Under the pieces are notes generated by a model. It searched no databases. It was given only the letters and a program-made list of their open reading frames with translations, and was not told the DNA's origin. A stretch of 64,000 bases of DNA from an uncultured Gemmatimonadota bacterium (GTDB lineage: Bacteria; Gemmatimonadota; CAZMKB01), in the NCBI GenBank assembly GCA_964654825.1, contig CAZZKG010000006.1, positions 3,478 to 67,477 on the forward strand, in the 5' to 3' direction. The position numbers and the translations under genes were made by a program. Below, piece after piece: positions 9,756 to 20,078 of this stretch (within the stretch, counting starts at the first letter, position 1; each line of letters begins with the position of its first letter).

Positions 9756-11462
9756 ATGTTTGTCCATCTCACGAGAGCGTTTTGCGGAATACTCTGCGTC
9801 TCAACGTATCTTCATGCGCAAGGGGAGGCATCCAGGCTCACCCGTTTCCCCGAGCTGGACGGTTTTCCCGTCTCCTTCGAAGAAGACGTGTTTCCCTCCT
9901 CCGGTATGAACGTGGGGGATATCGACGGGGACGGCGACCTCGAGATATGCTTCGGTACACGGCGCGGTGCTCTCTTCGCTTACCACCACACCGGCGCCGT
10001 TGTCGAAGGATGGCCCGTCGGTATGGAAGGTGGATGGCTTGAAGCGACCCCTGCCCTGGTCGATATCGATAACGATGGCGATCTCGAAGTTTTCGTCACG
10101 AACGGTACTTATCTTCACGCCTTCCATCACGATGGAGAACCACTGGAGGGGTGGCCGGTCGCTCTCGATCATTCCGTTCACAGTGATGCCACACCTTCGA
10201 TCGGGGACCTGGACGGTGACGGAGATTACGAGATCGTTCACGGCGCCGCCGAATATCCCTGCCTCATCTTCGCCTGGCACCACGACGGCACGCCGGTCGA
10301 CGGCTGGCCGGTGTACATCCCGCCGGGATATCTTAACCACTGCGATTGTTTCGCAGCCCCCACTCTCGCCGATCTCGACGGAAACGGAAAACTCGAAGTT
10401 GTTGTCGTAACGAGAGGAGGCCAGGTGTATGTCATCAACAACGACGGGAGTGATTTCGAGGGCTGGCCGGTCGACGGTATCCAGGGCATGCACAATTACA
10501 ATTCCCCGGTGATCGGAGACATCGATAACGATGGAGAAGTCGACATTGTCGTGGTGGCAGATTACACGGTTTTCGCGTGGGACATAAACGGCAATGATAA
10601 GCCCGGCTGGCCATGGCAGGAGGGATTCTCCAGTGGTGTCATCCTGGCCGACCTCGTTTCCGATGAAGCCCTCGAGGTCATCGCGAACACATCTAACTCC
10701 ATCTATGTGCTCGACGGTCCGACCGGCGAAGTACTCCCCGGCTGGCCCCAGCCTGTGGGAATGTCAGTCAGTATCGCCGGGACGGTGATTACAAACGATA
10801 TCGACTCCGATGGTGAGAAGGAGATCCTCGTCGAATGCTGGGGACAGCATTCCGGCGTACGCTCAACCGGGTATGTGCTCGCTTATAATGCGGATGGGAG
10901 CACGGTCGAGGGATTCCCCATCGTCCTGGATTCTGAAACCGCCTCGCTGCCGCCGTTAATCGTCGATTTCGATCTCGACGGCGACCTCGACATCTGCGGC
11001 CTCACCGGTACGTATTTTCATGCCTGGGACCTTCCCTCCTATTTCGAGGCCGATCAGGGGGACTGGCGCATGCTGAACCACGATCCTTTTCACACCAACG
11101 ATTTCGGCCTGCTGCTCCCCACCGAGCATCCGATCGATGTCGGTCTCAAACCCGACACGGTGACCGTGCACCGGGGCGAATCGGTTGATCTGATAGCATC
11201 GTTCACCAATCGAAACGTCATCTACCAGCCGTTTACCACTGCGATATTTCTCAGGATGCCGAACGGTGAGCCTTTCCCGGCCAATCCACTGCTCGGTCCC
11301 CTGTCGCTGCGTCTCAAACTTCTCTCCGGGGTGATGACCGAGAAATCCCTTGATGTTCCGATCAATGCTCCACTCGGTGATTACCGGTTGCTACTCCCCG
11401 CCTGGACATCAGTGTACAACATCATGGACGTCGATTCCACGATAGTCCACGTCATCGATTGA
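9756..11462 (+). CDS. FG-GAP/VCBS repeat (integrin-alpha-like beta-propeller) secreted protein
   Basis: Repeated DxDGDGDLE(I/V) motifs (GDIDGDGDLEI, VDIDNDGDLEV, GDLDGDGDYEI, ADLDGNGKLEV, GDIDNDGEVDI, FDLDGDLDI) alternating with GWP motifs. Start is set at MFVHL..., a signal-like stretch after the upstream stop, rather than the overlapping track start 9678. Confidence 0.6.
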   Translation: MFVHLTRAFCGILCVSTYLHAQGEASRLTRFPELDGFPVSFEEDVFPSSGMNVGDIDGDGDLEICFGTRRGALFAYHHTGAVVEGWPVGMEGGWLEATPALVDIDNDGDLEVFVTNGTYLHAFHHDGEPLEGWPVALDHSVHSDATPSIGDLDGDGDYEIVHGAAEYPCLIFAWHHDGTPVDGWPVYIPPGYLNHCDCFAAPTLADLDGNGKLEVVVVTRGGQVYVINNDGSDFEGWPVDGIQGMHNYNSPVIGDIDNDGEVDIVVVADYTVFAWDINGNDKPGWPWQEGFSSGVILADLVSDEALEVIANTSNSIYVLDGPTGEVLPGWPQPVGMSVSIAGTVITNDIDSDGEKEILVECWGQHSGVRSTGYVLAYNADGSTVEGFPIVLDSETASLPPLIVDFDLDGDLDICGLTGTYFHAWDLPSYFEADQGDWRMLNHDPFHTNDFGLLLPTEHPIDVGLKPDTVTVHRGESVDLIASFTNRNVIYQPFTTAIFLRMPNGEPFPANPLLGPLSLRLKLLSGVMTEKSLDVPINAPLGDYRLLLPAWTSVYNIMDVDSTIVHVID

Positions 11463-11633
11463 ACCGTGGGAGGAGGATCAGAGGAGAGCGGCCGGCACCC
11501 TGGTACCGTAACGGACAGGCACTGTCAGCTCTCACATCGGAATGACGACAAAACGCGGCGTCTCTGCATATTATTGGATTGACAAACCCGCGGCCTCGTG
11601 ATATTCTCCCCTTGTGAGACGGGGGTTTACACC

Positions 11634-13235
11634 ATGCGCGATCGGGGCCTTTTCCTCATCGTTCTCTTCCTCGCCCTTCTGCGATTAGTCGATCTCGATT
11701 TCGCCGAAGTGCAGGGCTGGGATGAAGCGCTCTACGCCATCAGGGCCAGGAGTATCCTGCAGTTCGGCGACTGGCTCGACCAGTCGGCTCACAGCGTCGG
11801 TGGTCTCTACTCCGCGGCCCATCCACCGCTGTACGTGTGGCTAACCGCAATCCTCATGAAGATCTTCGGTGAAAGCCCGACAACGGTGCGCTTCTGGTCC
11901 GCCGTCGCAGGTGCCGTAACGGTTCTCGCCGTCTATTACCTCCCGAAGGACCGGCTGACCGGGTTCTTCTCGGCCGTAACTCTCGGCACCTGTTCATTCT
12001 TCACGTTCTACTCGCGCCAGGGTCAGCTGGATGTGATATACACCTGTTTCATCATGCTCGGGCTGTTTTTCTTCATGAAATACGAATCGACTGGTAAGAG
12101 AAGACTGCTCTGGTTTACCGGCATCAGTTGCGGTCTCGCCCTCATGAGTAAAATCATCGTCGGTCTCTTTCTGCCTATGATCCTCGGTGTGTACATGATC
12201 CTGAAGGTTTTAAAGGGAGAGGGGGACACGAAAAGCATACTCCGCGGGTGGCTGACTGTCTTCGGTGTGGGGCTTATTATCGCAGCCCCCTGGCACATCT
12301 TCATGATCTGGAAACACGGGAGCGCCTTCACAGACTCCTACGTGGTCTTTCACATCATCGCGCGGTCCCTCCACGGTGTGGAGCTCAACGTCCGCGCCCT
12401 GGGACCGCTGTTTTTTGCCAATCAGATAATCGTCATTCTCCCTGTGGGATCGGTTTTTCTTATCCGGCTGGCGGGCAGGATCCGATCACAGAAAGAGGAC
12501 CTCCTTCCCCTCTCCTTCGCTGCATTTCTCGTCCCCTTTCTGATCTTCACATTGTCCAGAACACAGCTCCGAACCTATGCGATACCCATGCTTCCGCCGC
12601 TGGCACTCGTGGCCGGCTGCGGTTTCAGGGACATCTGGCGCGAAAACCGCGTGAGTAAGGTCTTGATCATACTTTTCGTGGTATTCAGCATCTGGGCCTC
12701 ATCACAGACCCTCCGGGATCAGACGAAGGAATTCTTCAGGTCGGGCCATCCCTCCCCGGCACTCCTCCTCGCAGCCGGTGCGGCGGTGATCCTTATCCTT
12801 TCAGCTGGAAGAAGGGTGACAGGGAGGGTTTTCACAATCATCGTGTTGTGCACACTCTTCGTCTTTTCCTTCATTCCTCCCATCCGGTACTCGCAAAGTG
12901 GCATTGCAAGGGTCGGATCGCGGTTCGAAAAGGATACCTGCCGCACCCTCATTTACATGGATGAGGTCCGGACGGTACACAATCCGCAGATAAGCTACTA
13001 TTTTCACGGGGTGGATATCGGGTGGAGGGATGGTTACCGGTTCGAGCTCATCACACCCGAAGACGCGGGGGAGTTCTCTCTCCCGATGGATACCGGAGAC
13101 TGTGCCTACATCATCATCAGCCGGCAGTATCAGCATGAAGTGTTCGATGAGATCGAGAAAGAGCTGGAAAGCGATGAACGGTCGGAGGAGGTGCTTCTGA
13201 ATGATCGGTATCACGTATTCAGACTTGGGAAATGA
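11634..13235 (+). CDS. Glycosyltransferase family 39/83 (ArnT/PMT_2-like polyprenyl-phosphate-sugar-dependent membrane glycosyltransferase)
   Basis: Multi-TM N-terminal half with DEALYA...YSAAHPPLYVWL motif typical of ArnT/PMT_2. A putative promoter TTGACA-N17-TATTCT lies at ~11579-11607. Confidence 0.55.
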   Translation: MRDRGLFLIVLFLALLRLVDLDFAEVQGWDEALYAIRARSILQFGDWLDQSAHSVGGLYSAAHPPLYVWLTAILMKIFGESPTTVRFWSAVAGAVTVLAVYYLPKDRLTGFFSAVTLGTCSFFTFYSRQGQLDVIYTCFIMLGLFFFMKYESTGKRRLLWFTGISCGLALMSKIIVGLFLPMILGVYMILKVLKGEGDTKSILRGWLTVFGVGLIIAAPWHIFMIWKHGSAFTDSYVVFHIIARSLHGVELNVRALGPLFFANQIIVILPVGSVFLIRLAGRIRSQKEDLLPLSFAAFLVPFLIFTLSRTQLRTYAIPMLPPLALVAGCGFRDIWRENRVSKVLIILFVVFSIWASSQTLRDQTKEFFRSGHPSPALLLAAGAAVILILSAGRRVTGRVFTIIVLCTLFVFSFIPPIRYSQSGIARVGSRFEKDTCRTLIYMDEVRTVHNPQISYYFHGVDIGWRDGYRFELITPEDAGEFSLPMDTGDCAYIIISRQYQHEVFDEIEKELESDERSEEVLLNDRYHVFRLGK

Positions 13236-13301
13236 GGTGGACCGGTCCGGAGGATGAGCCTATCGAACCTTCAGGAGGGGAAACCGTGGAGAGCACCCGA
13301 G

Positions 13302-15473
13302 CTATGGCAGCCCTTTCCTCCTTCTCACGATGAGTTCGACGAAGAACAGAAGGAGGAGAACGAGATAGGTAACCGGCTCACTTTTCATCTCGAAACGCAG
13401 CGGCTTTACCCCCTTATTTCCGAAGGCGGTTACGGCAGAGGCGAGGGACTCGACCTGACCGGGGTCAAACACGCTCCCCCCGGTAGTTTTCGACAGTGAT
13501 CCCATGAAGGCCGGATCCGGTCTGGGATCGTCGAACTCACGCGAGGACGCATCAACCAGAATTGTTCCTTCGCTCGCGGTAGCATAGTCAGCCGTACCTT
13601 CTTCCCGCGCCCTGTACTGATATACACCGGGGGAGAGGAATATCTCGTCGCTGTACGATGACTTCTCAGTCTCGATTACAAAAGTGTATGAGCTGTCTCT
13701 CCCCCTTTCGGATAACTGCTCGAGCTCCAGAAGAATGTCTCCACCTTTCGCCGACGATCCGCGAAATGTGACTCCATCCCCCATTCTTACCGAGTTGGTG
13801 AGCGGTTCACAGAACGAGCTCCTTAGTAACGAAGGCTCGGCGAGCCATTCGAGCATACCCTGACAAAGCTTCCGGTAATAAGGGCCTCTGCCGAACTGGA
13901 GTGGAAACATGTCCCACTGCCAGAACCCTCCCCCGAGGAGGATGAGACCGCGTGCACCGCTGAACCCCTGTTCCGTCACGACCGCCACCGGGACCTCCAC
14001 ACTCCCTGCCGCTTCAGAACTCAAAATCGACATGAAACCCTTCTCCATACTCACTCCCGTGAGGACGTACCGAAGTGGAGAGAGTTCTTCCCACTCACCG
14101 AATTCCCGTCCGAACACGGTCGATATAACGGGATGAGAGGAAACCGAGCCGCTCGCTTTCACACCCCCGGCCTGAGAAATCTTCTGTACGCCATGGGGAA
14201 AGGGACAGAGTGCTTTGATCTCACCCCAGGAACTCGCGTCTTTCCACGGCACAGACGGCAGAAGCAGGACACCGACATCCCCGCTCCTCAATCGTCCCGA
14301 CACTGTCTCCAGAACAGATCGGGGGATACGCGCGAAGTCACCCTGCAGCACGACGACACTCGAGGTCTCAACCGAACGTCGTAGATTTTCTCCGGCTTCA
14401 CTCAGGGATACGAACCGGCTTGCCTCCTCGAGGCTCGTCAGCTTTCCATTCACGGGCTCGATCACAGTCGCTGCTTCGTATTCGGGAAACGACCCCACGT
14501 GCCGCTTGAGAAAGGTGAGGTCCCAGTCGGGCGAATTCGAATACAGGAAGACCTGCCGTTTCGATCTCCTCACTTTCAGGTAGAGAGATCGGGTGTTGTT
14601 CACCGTTGTAAACTCTTCACCACCGGTCTCGACGTGAACTTCGACTAGGTGCATCCCGGGCCTCATGGCAGGAAGAAGAGAACCAATCTCCATTCTCGTT
14701 CCATTCCCGTCCAGGGTGATCACACGATTCTCAGTAATTTTCTCATCGAGCTTCACCGTGACATCCACACGTGAGCTGTCCGGACCGAATCCCGACAGGA
14801 GTATCCGAAGAGGTACTTCCTCTCCCTGAAACAGCGGTTCAGAGACATTCAGTGAAAATATGGAGGCATCGAAGATCCCGGGATCACTACCCACGAGCAA
14901 TCCGAAGACCGGAGTTTCGGCGCCTTCCACGTCATGAACGTGAATGGGCCCTGTTGTCACTCTCCCATCTGAGACCACGACGATGGGATAGGACACTCCG
15001 TCTCCGGAAGTCAAGCCGGCATCGAGGACCGAGCTGATGATATCGGTACCACCCATCACGCTCTCTTCTCCACGCGAATCACCTTCTCTCTGTACCGTTT
15101 CCCCGAACGGCAGTTTTACGATTTCCCAATCGTTTCCGAGGAGGGATACCAACCGGGTTACGGCGCTGTCGGCACGTTGGGACCGGCTGGTGGCAGAGCC
15201 CGATGAGTCAGGGAGTCCCATGCTGAGAGAGTGATCTTCGAGTACGATCACCCGCTTCTGTCCGGTCCCGTGCGGAAGGATCAGTGTGAGCCCGATCAAA
15301 CTCGAGAGTACCACCAGGAAAACCAGTCCTCTGAGCACGCCGAGTATTACCAGGAGCGATCCACCGAAGAGCTTGCGGACAGCATCCTGGGTGGTGAACA
15401 CCCATGGGAGTGCCAGGACGAGGTACAACACCAGGAGGACCTTGAATGAGAGGATCTCGGTTACAAATTTCAC
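13302..15473 (-). CDS. Large membrane protein, BatA-like N-terminal double-TM plus vWA-like region, C-terminal TM anchor
   Basis: Two N-terminal TM helices, RVIVLEDHSLSM/IVVVSDG vWA-like strands, C-terminal PVTYLVLLLLFFVELIVRRRKG anchor. Family assignment is tentative. Confidence 0.3.
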   Translation of the reverse strand: MKFVTEILSFKVLLVLYLVLALPWVFTTQDAVRKLFGGSLLVILGVLRGLVFLVVLSSLIGLTLILPHGTGQKRVIVLEDHSLSMGLPDSSGSATSRSQRADSAVTRLVSLLGNDWEIVKLPFGETVQREGDSRGEESVMGGTDIISSVLDAGLTSGDGVSYPIVVVSDGRVTTGPIHVHDVEGAETPVFGLLVGSDPGIFDASIFSLNVSEPLFQGEEVPLRILLSGFGPDSSRVDVTVKLDEKITENRVITLDGNGTRMEIGSLLPAMRPGMHLVEVHVETGGEEFTTVNNTRSLYLKVRRSKRQVFLYSNSPDWDLTFLKRHVGSFPEYEAATVIEPVNGKLTSLEEASRFVSLSEAGENLRRSVETSSVVVLQGDFARIPRSVLETVSGRLRSGDVGVLLLPSVPWKDASSWGEIKALCPFPHGVQKISQAGGVKASGSVSSHPVISTVFGREFGEWEELSPLRYVLTGVSMEKGFMSILSSEAAGSVEVPVAVVTEQGFSGARGLILLGGGFWQWDMFPLQFGRGPYYRKLCQGMLEWLAEPSLLRSSFCEPLTNSVRMGDGVTFRGSSAKGGDILLELEQLSERGRDSSYTFVIETEKSSYSDEIFLSPGVYQYRAREEGTADYATASEGTILVDASSREFDDPRPDPAFMGSLSKTTGGSVFDPGQVESLASAVTAFGNKGVKPLRFEMKSEPVTYLVLLLLFFVELIVRRRKGLP

Positions 15474-16795
15474 GATGAGTTCCTCGGCTGCGTGCCGGTT
15501 TTTTGAGTGTTCATCAAAAAACTCAACGCCTCTGAAACAGTGTAGAAGGATCCGGTTACCAGAAGGTATGAATCCCCATCCAGGGCATCAAGCCCGCGGG
15601 AGACCGCGGAAGAGATATCGGGTTCTTCACGGGATCTGCGGTTCAACCGCCTGGCAGAGTCATAGAGTTCGGCCGGTTCGGCTCGTCTCTCGTGACGGGT
15701 GAAATCTGGTTTGCTCACGATGAACTCACGAGTGACGGGGGACAGGATTTCCAATATCCCGCGGCTGTCCTTATCCGAAGACATCCCCACCACAACAATC
15801 GCTTTTTTATCCTGCATTGTCTCTCGCAGAGCCCCCGTGAGCACCGACGAGGCGGCAATGTTGTGCGCGACATCCAGGATGACGATCCCCCGAGGCGTTT
15901 CGATCACCTGAAATCTGCCCGGTACGGTTGTCTCCTTCAGACCTCTCCTTATCTTTTCTTCTGTGCAACTAAGGCCTTTGAAACATTCCTCGAGAGTAAA
16001 GAGAGCGAGTGCCGCATTCCTCACCTGGTGTGCCCCGACCATGCTTATCCTGAGCTTCTCCAGGATATTCTTCGCGGAACCGTATGAGAAGATAGAACCG
16101 CCGATCGAACACCCGGTAATCGCGATGTCCACGTGCTCATCCAGCATCAGGGCTTCACAGCCACGCTCACCTGCGACCTGGTGGATGAGAGCGACGACAT
16201 CAGGATCCGTCTCACAGGTGACGACCGGGACACCACGCTTCAGGATCCCCAGTTTTTCCCGGGTTATGTCTTCTATCGTCGGTCCGAGCTGAGCCTGGTG
16301 ATCGACTGAAATAGTTGTGATTACGGATGCGACTGGATTCAGCACGTTTGTGGCATCGAGCCTTCCTCCGAGCCCGACCTCGCACACGGCTATGTCCACG
16401 CCTATTTCCGCGAAATACGAGAATGCAATGGCTGTCGTAGCCTCGAAAAAGGTCAGCGAACCGCCCCGGATCATCTTCTCGTGTTCCCTGACCCATCCTG
16501 CGACATAAGCTCTGTCGATGTATTCCCCGTTGACCGTCACGCGTTCACCGAAATCGAGTATGTGAGGCGATGTGTAGAGGCCGACTCTTAATCCACAAGC
16601 ACCGAGGATCGATCCCAGGAAAAAACAGGTGGATCCTTTCCCGTTGGTACCAGCGACGTGAATGCTCCGGAACCTGTTCTGGGGATTCCCGATTGCGTCG
16701 AGGAACGCCGTGACTCTGTCGAGGCCGAGCTTTACTCCGAATCTCTGGAGACCGAATAAAAACCGCACTGCTTTCGTGTAAGAGGCGTTGCTCAT
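15470..16795 (-). CDS. folC: Bifunctional folylpolyglutamate synthase / dihydrofolate synthase
   Basis: HVAGTNGKGST P-loop, LGLYTSPHILDFGERV, VCEVGLGGRLDATNV (Mur ligase family FolC signature regions). Confidence 0.85.
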   Translation of the reverse strand: MSNASYTKAVRFLFGLQRFGVKLGLDRVTAFLDAIGNPQNRFRSIHVAGTNGKGSTCFFLGSILGACGLRVGLYTSPHILDFGERVTVNGEYIDRAYVAGWVREHEKMIRGGSLTFFEATTAIAFSYFAEIGVDIAVCEVGLGGRLDATNVLNPVASVITTISVDHQAQLGPTIEDITREKLGILKRGVPVVTCETDPDVVALIHQVAGERGCEALMLDEHVDIAITGCSIGGSIFSYGSAKNILEKLRISMVGAHQVRNAALALFTLEECFKGLSCTEEKIRRGLKETTVPGRFQVIETPRGIVILDVAHNIAASSVLTGALRETMQDKKAIVVVGMSSDKDSRGILEILSPVTREFIVSKPDFTRHERRAEPAELYDSARRLNRRSREEPDISSAVSRGLDALDGDSYLLVTGSFYTVSEALSFLMNTQKTGTQPRNSS

Positions 16796-16850
16796 AACAT
16801 CGTGAGGTTGTGTCCTGAGGTCGGGTACGCCCGAGCGAACATCAACCGGA

Positions 16851-17705
16851 TCAGGTCGGGTTCTTGTTCGGGGACATGAAAACGAGGAGGCTCGATATGA
16901 CTTTTTTCAAGTCCTTCCTGTTTACGATAACATCGACAAAGCCGTGGTCCAGCATGAACTCGGACAGCTGGAACCCTTCGGGTAGCTCCTGTCCGATTGT
17001 CTGTCTGATAACTCTCGGCCCAGCGAATCCGACCAGAGCTTTGGGTTCTGCCAGGATCACGTCTCCGAGAAAGGCATAACTGGCGGACACCCCACCTGTC
17101 GTCGGGTGCGTGAGCACCGAGATGAACGGCACACCCGCTTCGGAAAGCCGGGCCAGCCAGGAACTCGTCTTCGCCATCTGCATCAGCGACAGGATGCCCT
17201 CCTGCATCCGCGCCCCACCTGATTTGGATATGATGATGATGGGTGTGCGGCTCTCGATGGCCCCCTTGATACATCTCGCCACTTTTTCACCCACCACCGA
17301 TCCCATGCTACCGCCCATGAAGCTGAAATCCATGACAGCGAGACTGACGGGCTGCTCATCCAGTCGACCAAGTCCGGTGATGATGGCTTCACGCAAACCC
17401 GTTTTCTCCATATTCTCCCTGATCCTGTCCTGGTACCTCTTCGAATCTTTGAAATCGAGAGGATCCGTTGCAGTCAGGTTGGCATCCTTCTCTTCGAACG
17501 TGTCCGCATCGATGAGCATCTCGATGTAGTCTTTCGCGGAGATGGGGAAGTGATAACCGCACTTCGAGCAGACCCAGAAACTTCTCGAAAGTTCCAACCG
17601 GTAGATTATCTCCCCGCACTCTTTGCACTTGAGCCACAACCCGTCTGGAACCGCCCGCCTGGGTTGTCCGGCACGTTTCTTCTTCTCTTTTCGAAACCAG
17701 GCCAT
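16851..17705 (-). CDS. accD: Acetyl-CoA carboxylase carboxyltransferase subunit beta
   Basis: N-terminal Zn-ribbon CKECGEIIY...CSKCGYHF followed by carboxyltransferase domain (MDFSFMGGSMGSVVGEK...). accD-folC adjacency matches the classical operon. Confidence 0.9.
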   Translation of the reverse strand: MAWFRKEKKKRAGQPRRAVPDGLWLKCKECGEIIYRLELSRSFWVCSKCGYHFPISAKDYIEMLIDADTFEEKDANLTATDPLDFKDSKRYQDRIRENMEKTGLREAIITGLGRLDEQPVSLAVMDFSFMGGSMGSVVGEKVARCIKGAIESRTPIIIISKSGGARMQEGILSLMQMAKTSSWLARLSEAGVPFISVLTHPTTGGVSASYAFLGDVILAEPKALVGFAGPRVIRQTIGQELPEGFQLSEFMLDHGFVDVIVNRKDLKKVISSLLVFMSPNKNPT

Positions 17706-17871
17706 GGTTTATCCCCAAGTCGGTCACCAGTGCGATCGTGTGAACCGGAACGCATTATTGCGATGATCCACCACCGGAGAGTGGCGAGTCTATCACTCTG
17801 ATTGATCATTTCGGTAAAAATATCAATACTATTGTATCTCACCACTTAGCCCGTGTCAATGCTAAATGTTG

Positions 17872-17935
17872 TAAATAGGGACAGTCACCGTTTAATTGTC
17901 ACAATTTTAAATAGGGACAGTCACCGTTTAATTAA
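17872..17935. repeat. Two direct REP copies (TAAATAGGGACAGTCACCGTTTAATT) at the 3' side of the RAYT gene
   Basis: Copies at ~17872-17897 and ~17907-17935. The same core recurs at 18773-18800 (inverted), 21870-21897, 50515-50591 (doublet) and 63818-63847. Confidence 0.8.
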
Positions 17936-17940
17936 ATAGA

Positions 17941-18612
17941 TTACTCTCGCTTCCAGGGACGCCCCTTGGGCATAGCCCGTAATCGCCGGTTTAAATTTCT
18001 CTCCAGCTCGGAGATAAACCCATCACTCCCCAACGGACGACCTGTCCGGTTGGAATTACGTATTTGAATCAATTCATCCACATCCTCTGTGGATTGTAAC
18101 GTTGTCTTCCAGTCTTTCCTGATATTTTCATCGCACCAAGTCGACATATCGAGTAATCCTGTTGAGTCATGACCCGTCACATGCGCCTTCGCACTCGACC
18201 ACGGATAACACCAGGCATCTCGTACGATACCGGCTCTTACTGGATTCCTTTCTACGTATCGGACCGTGGCCCAATAGTGCATTGCATCGAGAGGACAAGA
18301 GTAAAATCGGGCTTGCCAAAGATGGCCACTCCGATTATTAAGACGATTAAAGTATTGCGCATATGAAAAGTGCGTTCGGCCGAGGGTTTTCGACAGAGAG
18401 TCCTCGTTTGCCGGGACAACAACAAGGTGAACATGATTGGACATTAGACAGTACGAGTGAACAGTGAGATGATAACGTTTAGATTGTTCTTTCAAATACG
18501 ATATATATCGTTCCCTTTCACCATCGATAGCGAAAACGTCCTGGCGGTTATTCCCGCGTTGCGTGACGTGATGTGGTACACCAATAGCCACTGCTCTTGC
18601 TATTCTGACCAT
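17941..18612 (-). mobile_element. IS200/IS605-like Y1 transposase of the REP-associated tyrosine transposase (RAYT) type
   Basis: HxH motif CLMSNHVHLVV, catalytic Tyr region HYWATVRYVERNPVRAGIV, ~220 aa. Flanked by REPs in inverted orientation. Confidence 0.8.
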
Positions 18613-18772
18613 ATGGGAAACCTGTTCTTGAGAAACGAGTCGGAAAACAGGGAGGATGAAGGGAGCACGTTACAGATATCTAGTCACAGACTCAGATGAA
18701 TCTCGGAGGGGGCAAGGATAACTATCTCTAATATCTATAAAAAAAGGGTACTGTCAAGTAGTAAATCTAAAT

Positions 18773-18800
18773 AATAAACGGTGACTGTCCCTATTTAATT
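18773..18800. repeat. REP copy (inverted orientation) at the 5' side of the RAYT gene, overlapping the stop codon of the 18795-20078 gene
   Basis: AATAAACGGTGACTGTCCCTATTTAATT is the reverse complement of the 17872 repeat. Confidence 0.8.
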
Positions 18801-20078
18801 TGGGCGAGAAGCGACTGCGAGATAGGTGCGCCTCTTCCAGGGCTCGTTGACATCGTGTCCCGCGTTGTATGCTAGGATGTATCGGCCGTGTTCTTCATCG
18901 ATCATGAGGGTCGGCGTACGCTGGAAGCCTTCAGGCGGTACGCCGTCGGGAAACTGCCCCGGTGCGATGATCGGGTTATCCGGATGGCCGATCCAGGTGT
19001 CGCCCCAGTCGGGTGACCAGTAATAGGCGATGTGTCCGTAACCGGCGTAGTTCTGATTTGAAACCATTAAAACCATGTGGACGCCGTCAGCGATTGAATC
19101 ACCCGTACAGTGGGCCTGCCAGGCGCCGCGAAATGAAAACCCCTCCGGCCACGGCAGCGTCCACCGATAGGCGGGATTGTCCGGGTCGGAAGGATCGAAC
19201 GTCGGCTCCGGATTCTTCACCCAGCCGGTCTTGCCATCCTCGCTGTCCGCGTAGGAAATTCGCCAGTTCCAGTAGGAGCCGGGGGATCCGTGCAACCCCC
19301 GGTAGAAAAGCCTAACCTTTCCCTGTGTGCCCAGGCGAGGCACCCAGACCGGTGTCGGTTCACTCAGGCCACCCTTTATCACACCGTTCTGATCCCAGCC
19401 CTCCTCCCACCAGTATTCAGCAACTAGCATGTTCTCGTAAGTCTGATCGAATGGGACTCCGATCGCAGGCGGCGTCTCGCTCGTCGCCACCTGGATTGCA
19501 GTCTCCGATCCCGGTAGACCATCCCACTCCGGATGCAGATACTTCGTGCCGGGTCTCACGGTGTTGTAGAGCAGATGCTCACCGGTTACAGGATGTTGAA
19601 TGTAACCGGGCGTATCGGTGTGTTCCCACGCGGGACCCGGGTTTTGTCCTCCGGGACTGACGAGGGGCGTGTATTTGATTTTCGTAACCGGATCGTAGCC
19701 CAGGGCCCAGTCGTGAAGCACTTCTTCCTGGTAGGGGTGCTCGGTCATGTATGTCGCGTGATAGCTGTGATACAGCAGCTTTATCATGCCACCCTCGAGA
19801 AAAATGAACTCTTCACCGACGATACCTCCCCAGTCGCCGTACAGGTGTGTCTGAGAATCAGGATAATCAGGATGGGGGGCTGTTATGAAACCGATGGGCG
19901 TGAAATCCGGCCATTCCCCCAGCGGACCGTCTTCGCCGAAGTTATGCGGTATGGCCAACCTGGGGGTGAGGAACTCATTGGAATCATTTGAATCCGCACC
20001 GTTCTGGGGCCGTAACGGGGAGAACAGGAGAAGACAGATCGAGAAGAAAGCAGTGATGATTATCGTGATGCGGTACAT
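18795..20078 (-). CDS. Secreted Trp-rich hypothetical protein (possible glycoside-hydrolase-like beta-propeller)
   Basis: Signal peptide MYRITIIITAFFSICLLLFSPL. No confident family. Last codon and stop lie within the REP. Confidence 0.35.
   Translation of the reverse strand: MYRITIIITAFFSICLLLFSPLRPQNGADSNDSNEFLTPRLAIPHNFGEDGPLGEWPDFTPIGFITAPHPDYPDSQTHLYGDWGGIVGEEFIFLEGGMIKLLYHSYHATYMTEHPYQEEVLHDWALGYDPVTKIKYTPLVSPGGQNPGPAWEHTDTPGYIQHPVTGEHLLYNTVRPGTKYLHPEWDGLPGSETAIQVATSETPPAIGVPFDQTYENMLVAEYWWEEGWDQNGVIKGGLSEPTPVWVPRLGTQGKVRLFYRGLHGSPGSYWNWRISYADSEDGKTGWVKNPEPTFDPSDPDNPAYRWTLPWPEGFSFRGAWQAHCTGDSIADGVHMVLMVSNQNYAGYGHIAYYWSPDWGDTWIGHPDNPIIAPGQFPDGVPPEGFQRTPTLMIDEEHGRYILAYNAGHDVNEPWKRRTYLAVASRPN

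Noticed and set aside
9782-10042. Arg-rich 86-aa ORF in the same frame as, and downstream of, the TAG of the 7988 gene (possible read-through extension)
   Set aside because: Composition (poly-Arg) is typical of an out-of-frame overlap with the FG-GAP gene. The FG-GAP CDS clearly occupies a different frame here.
13254-13499. 81-aa plus-strand ORF at the 3' end region of the large membrane-protein gene
   Set aside because: It overlaps the C-terminal TM-anchor coding region of the 13302-15473 gene on the opposite strand and has no RBS or motif.
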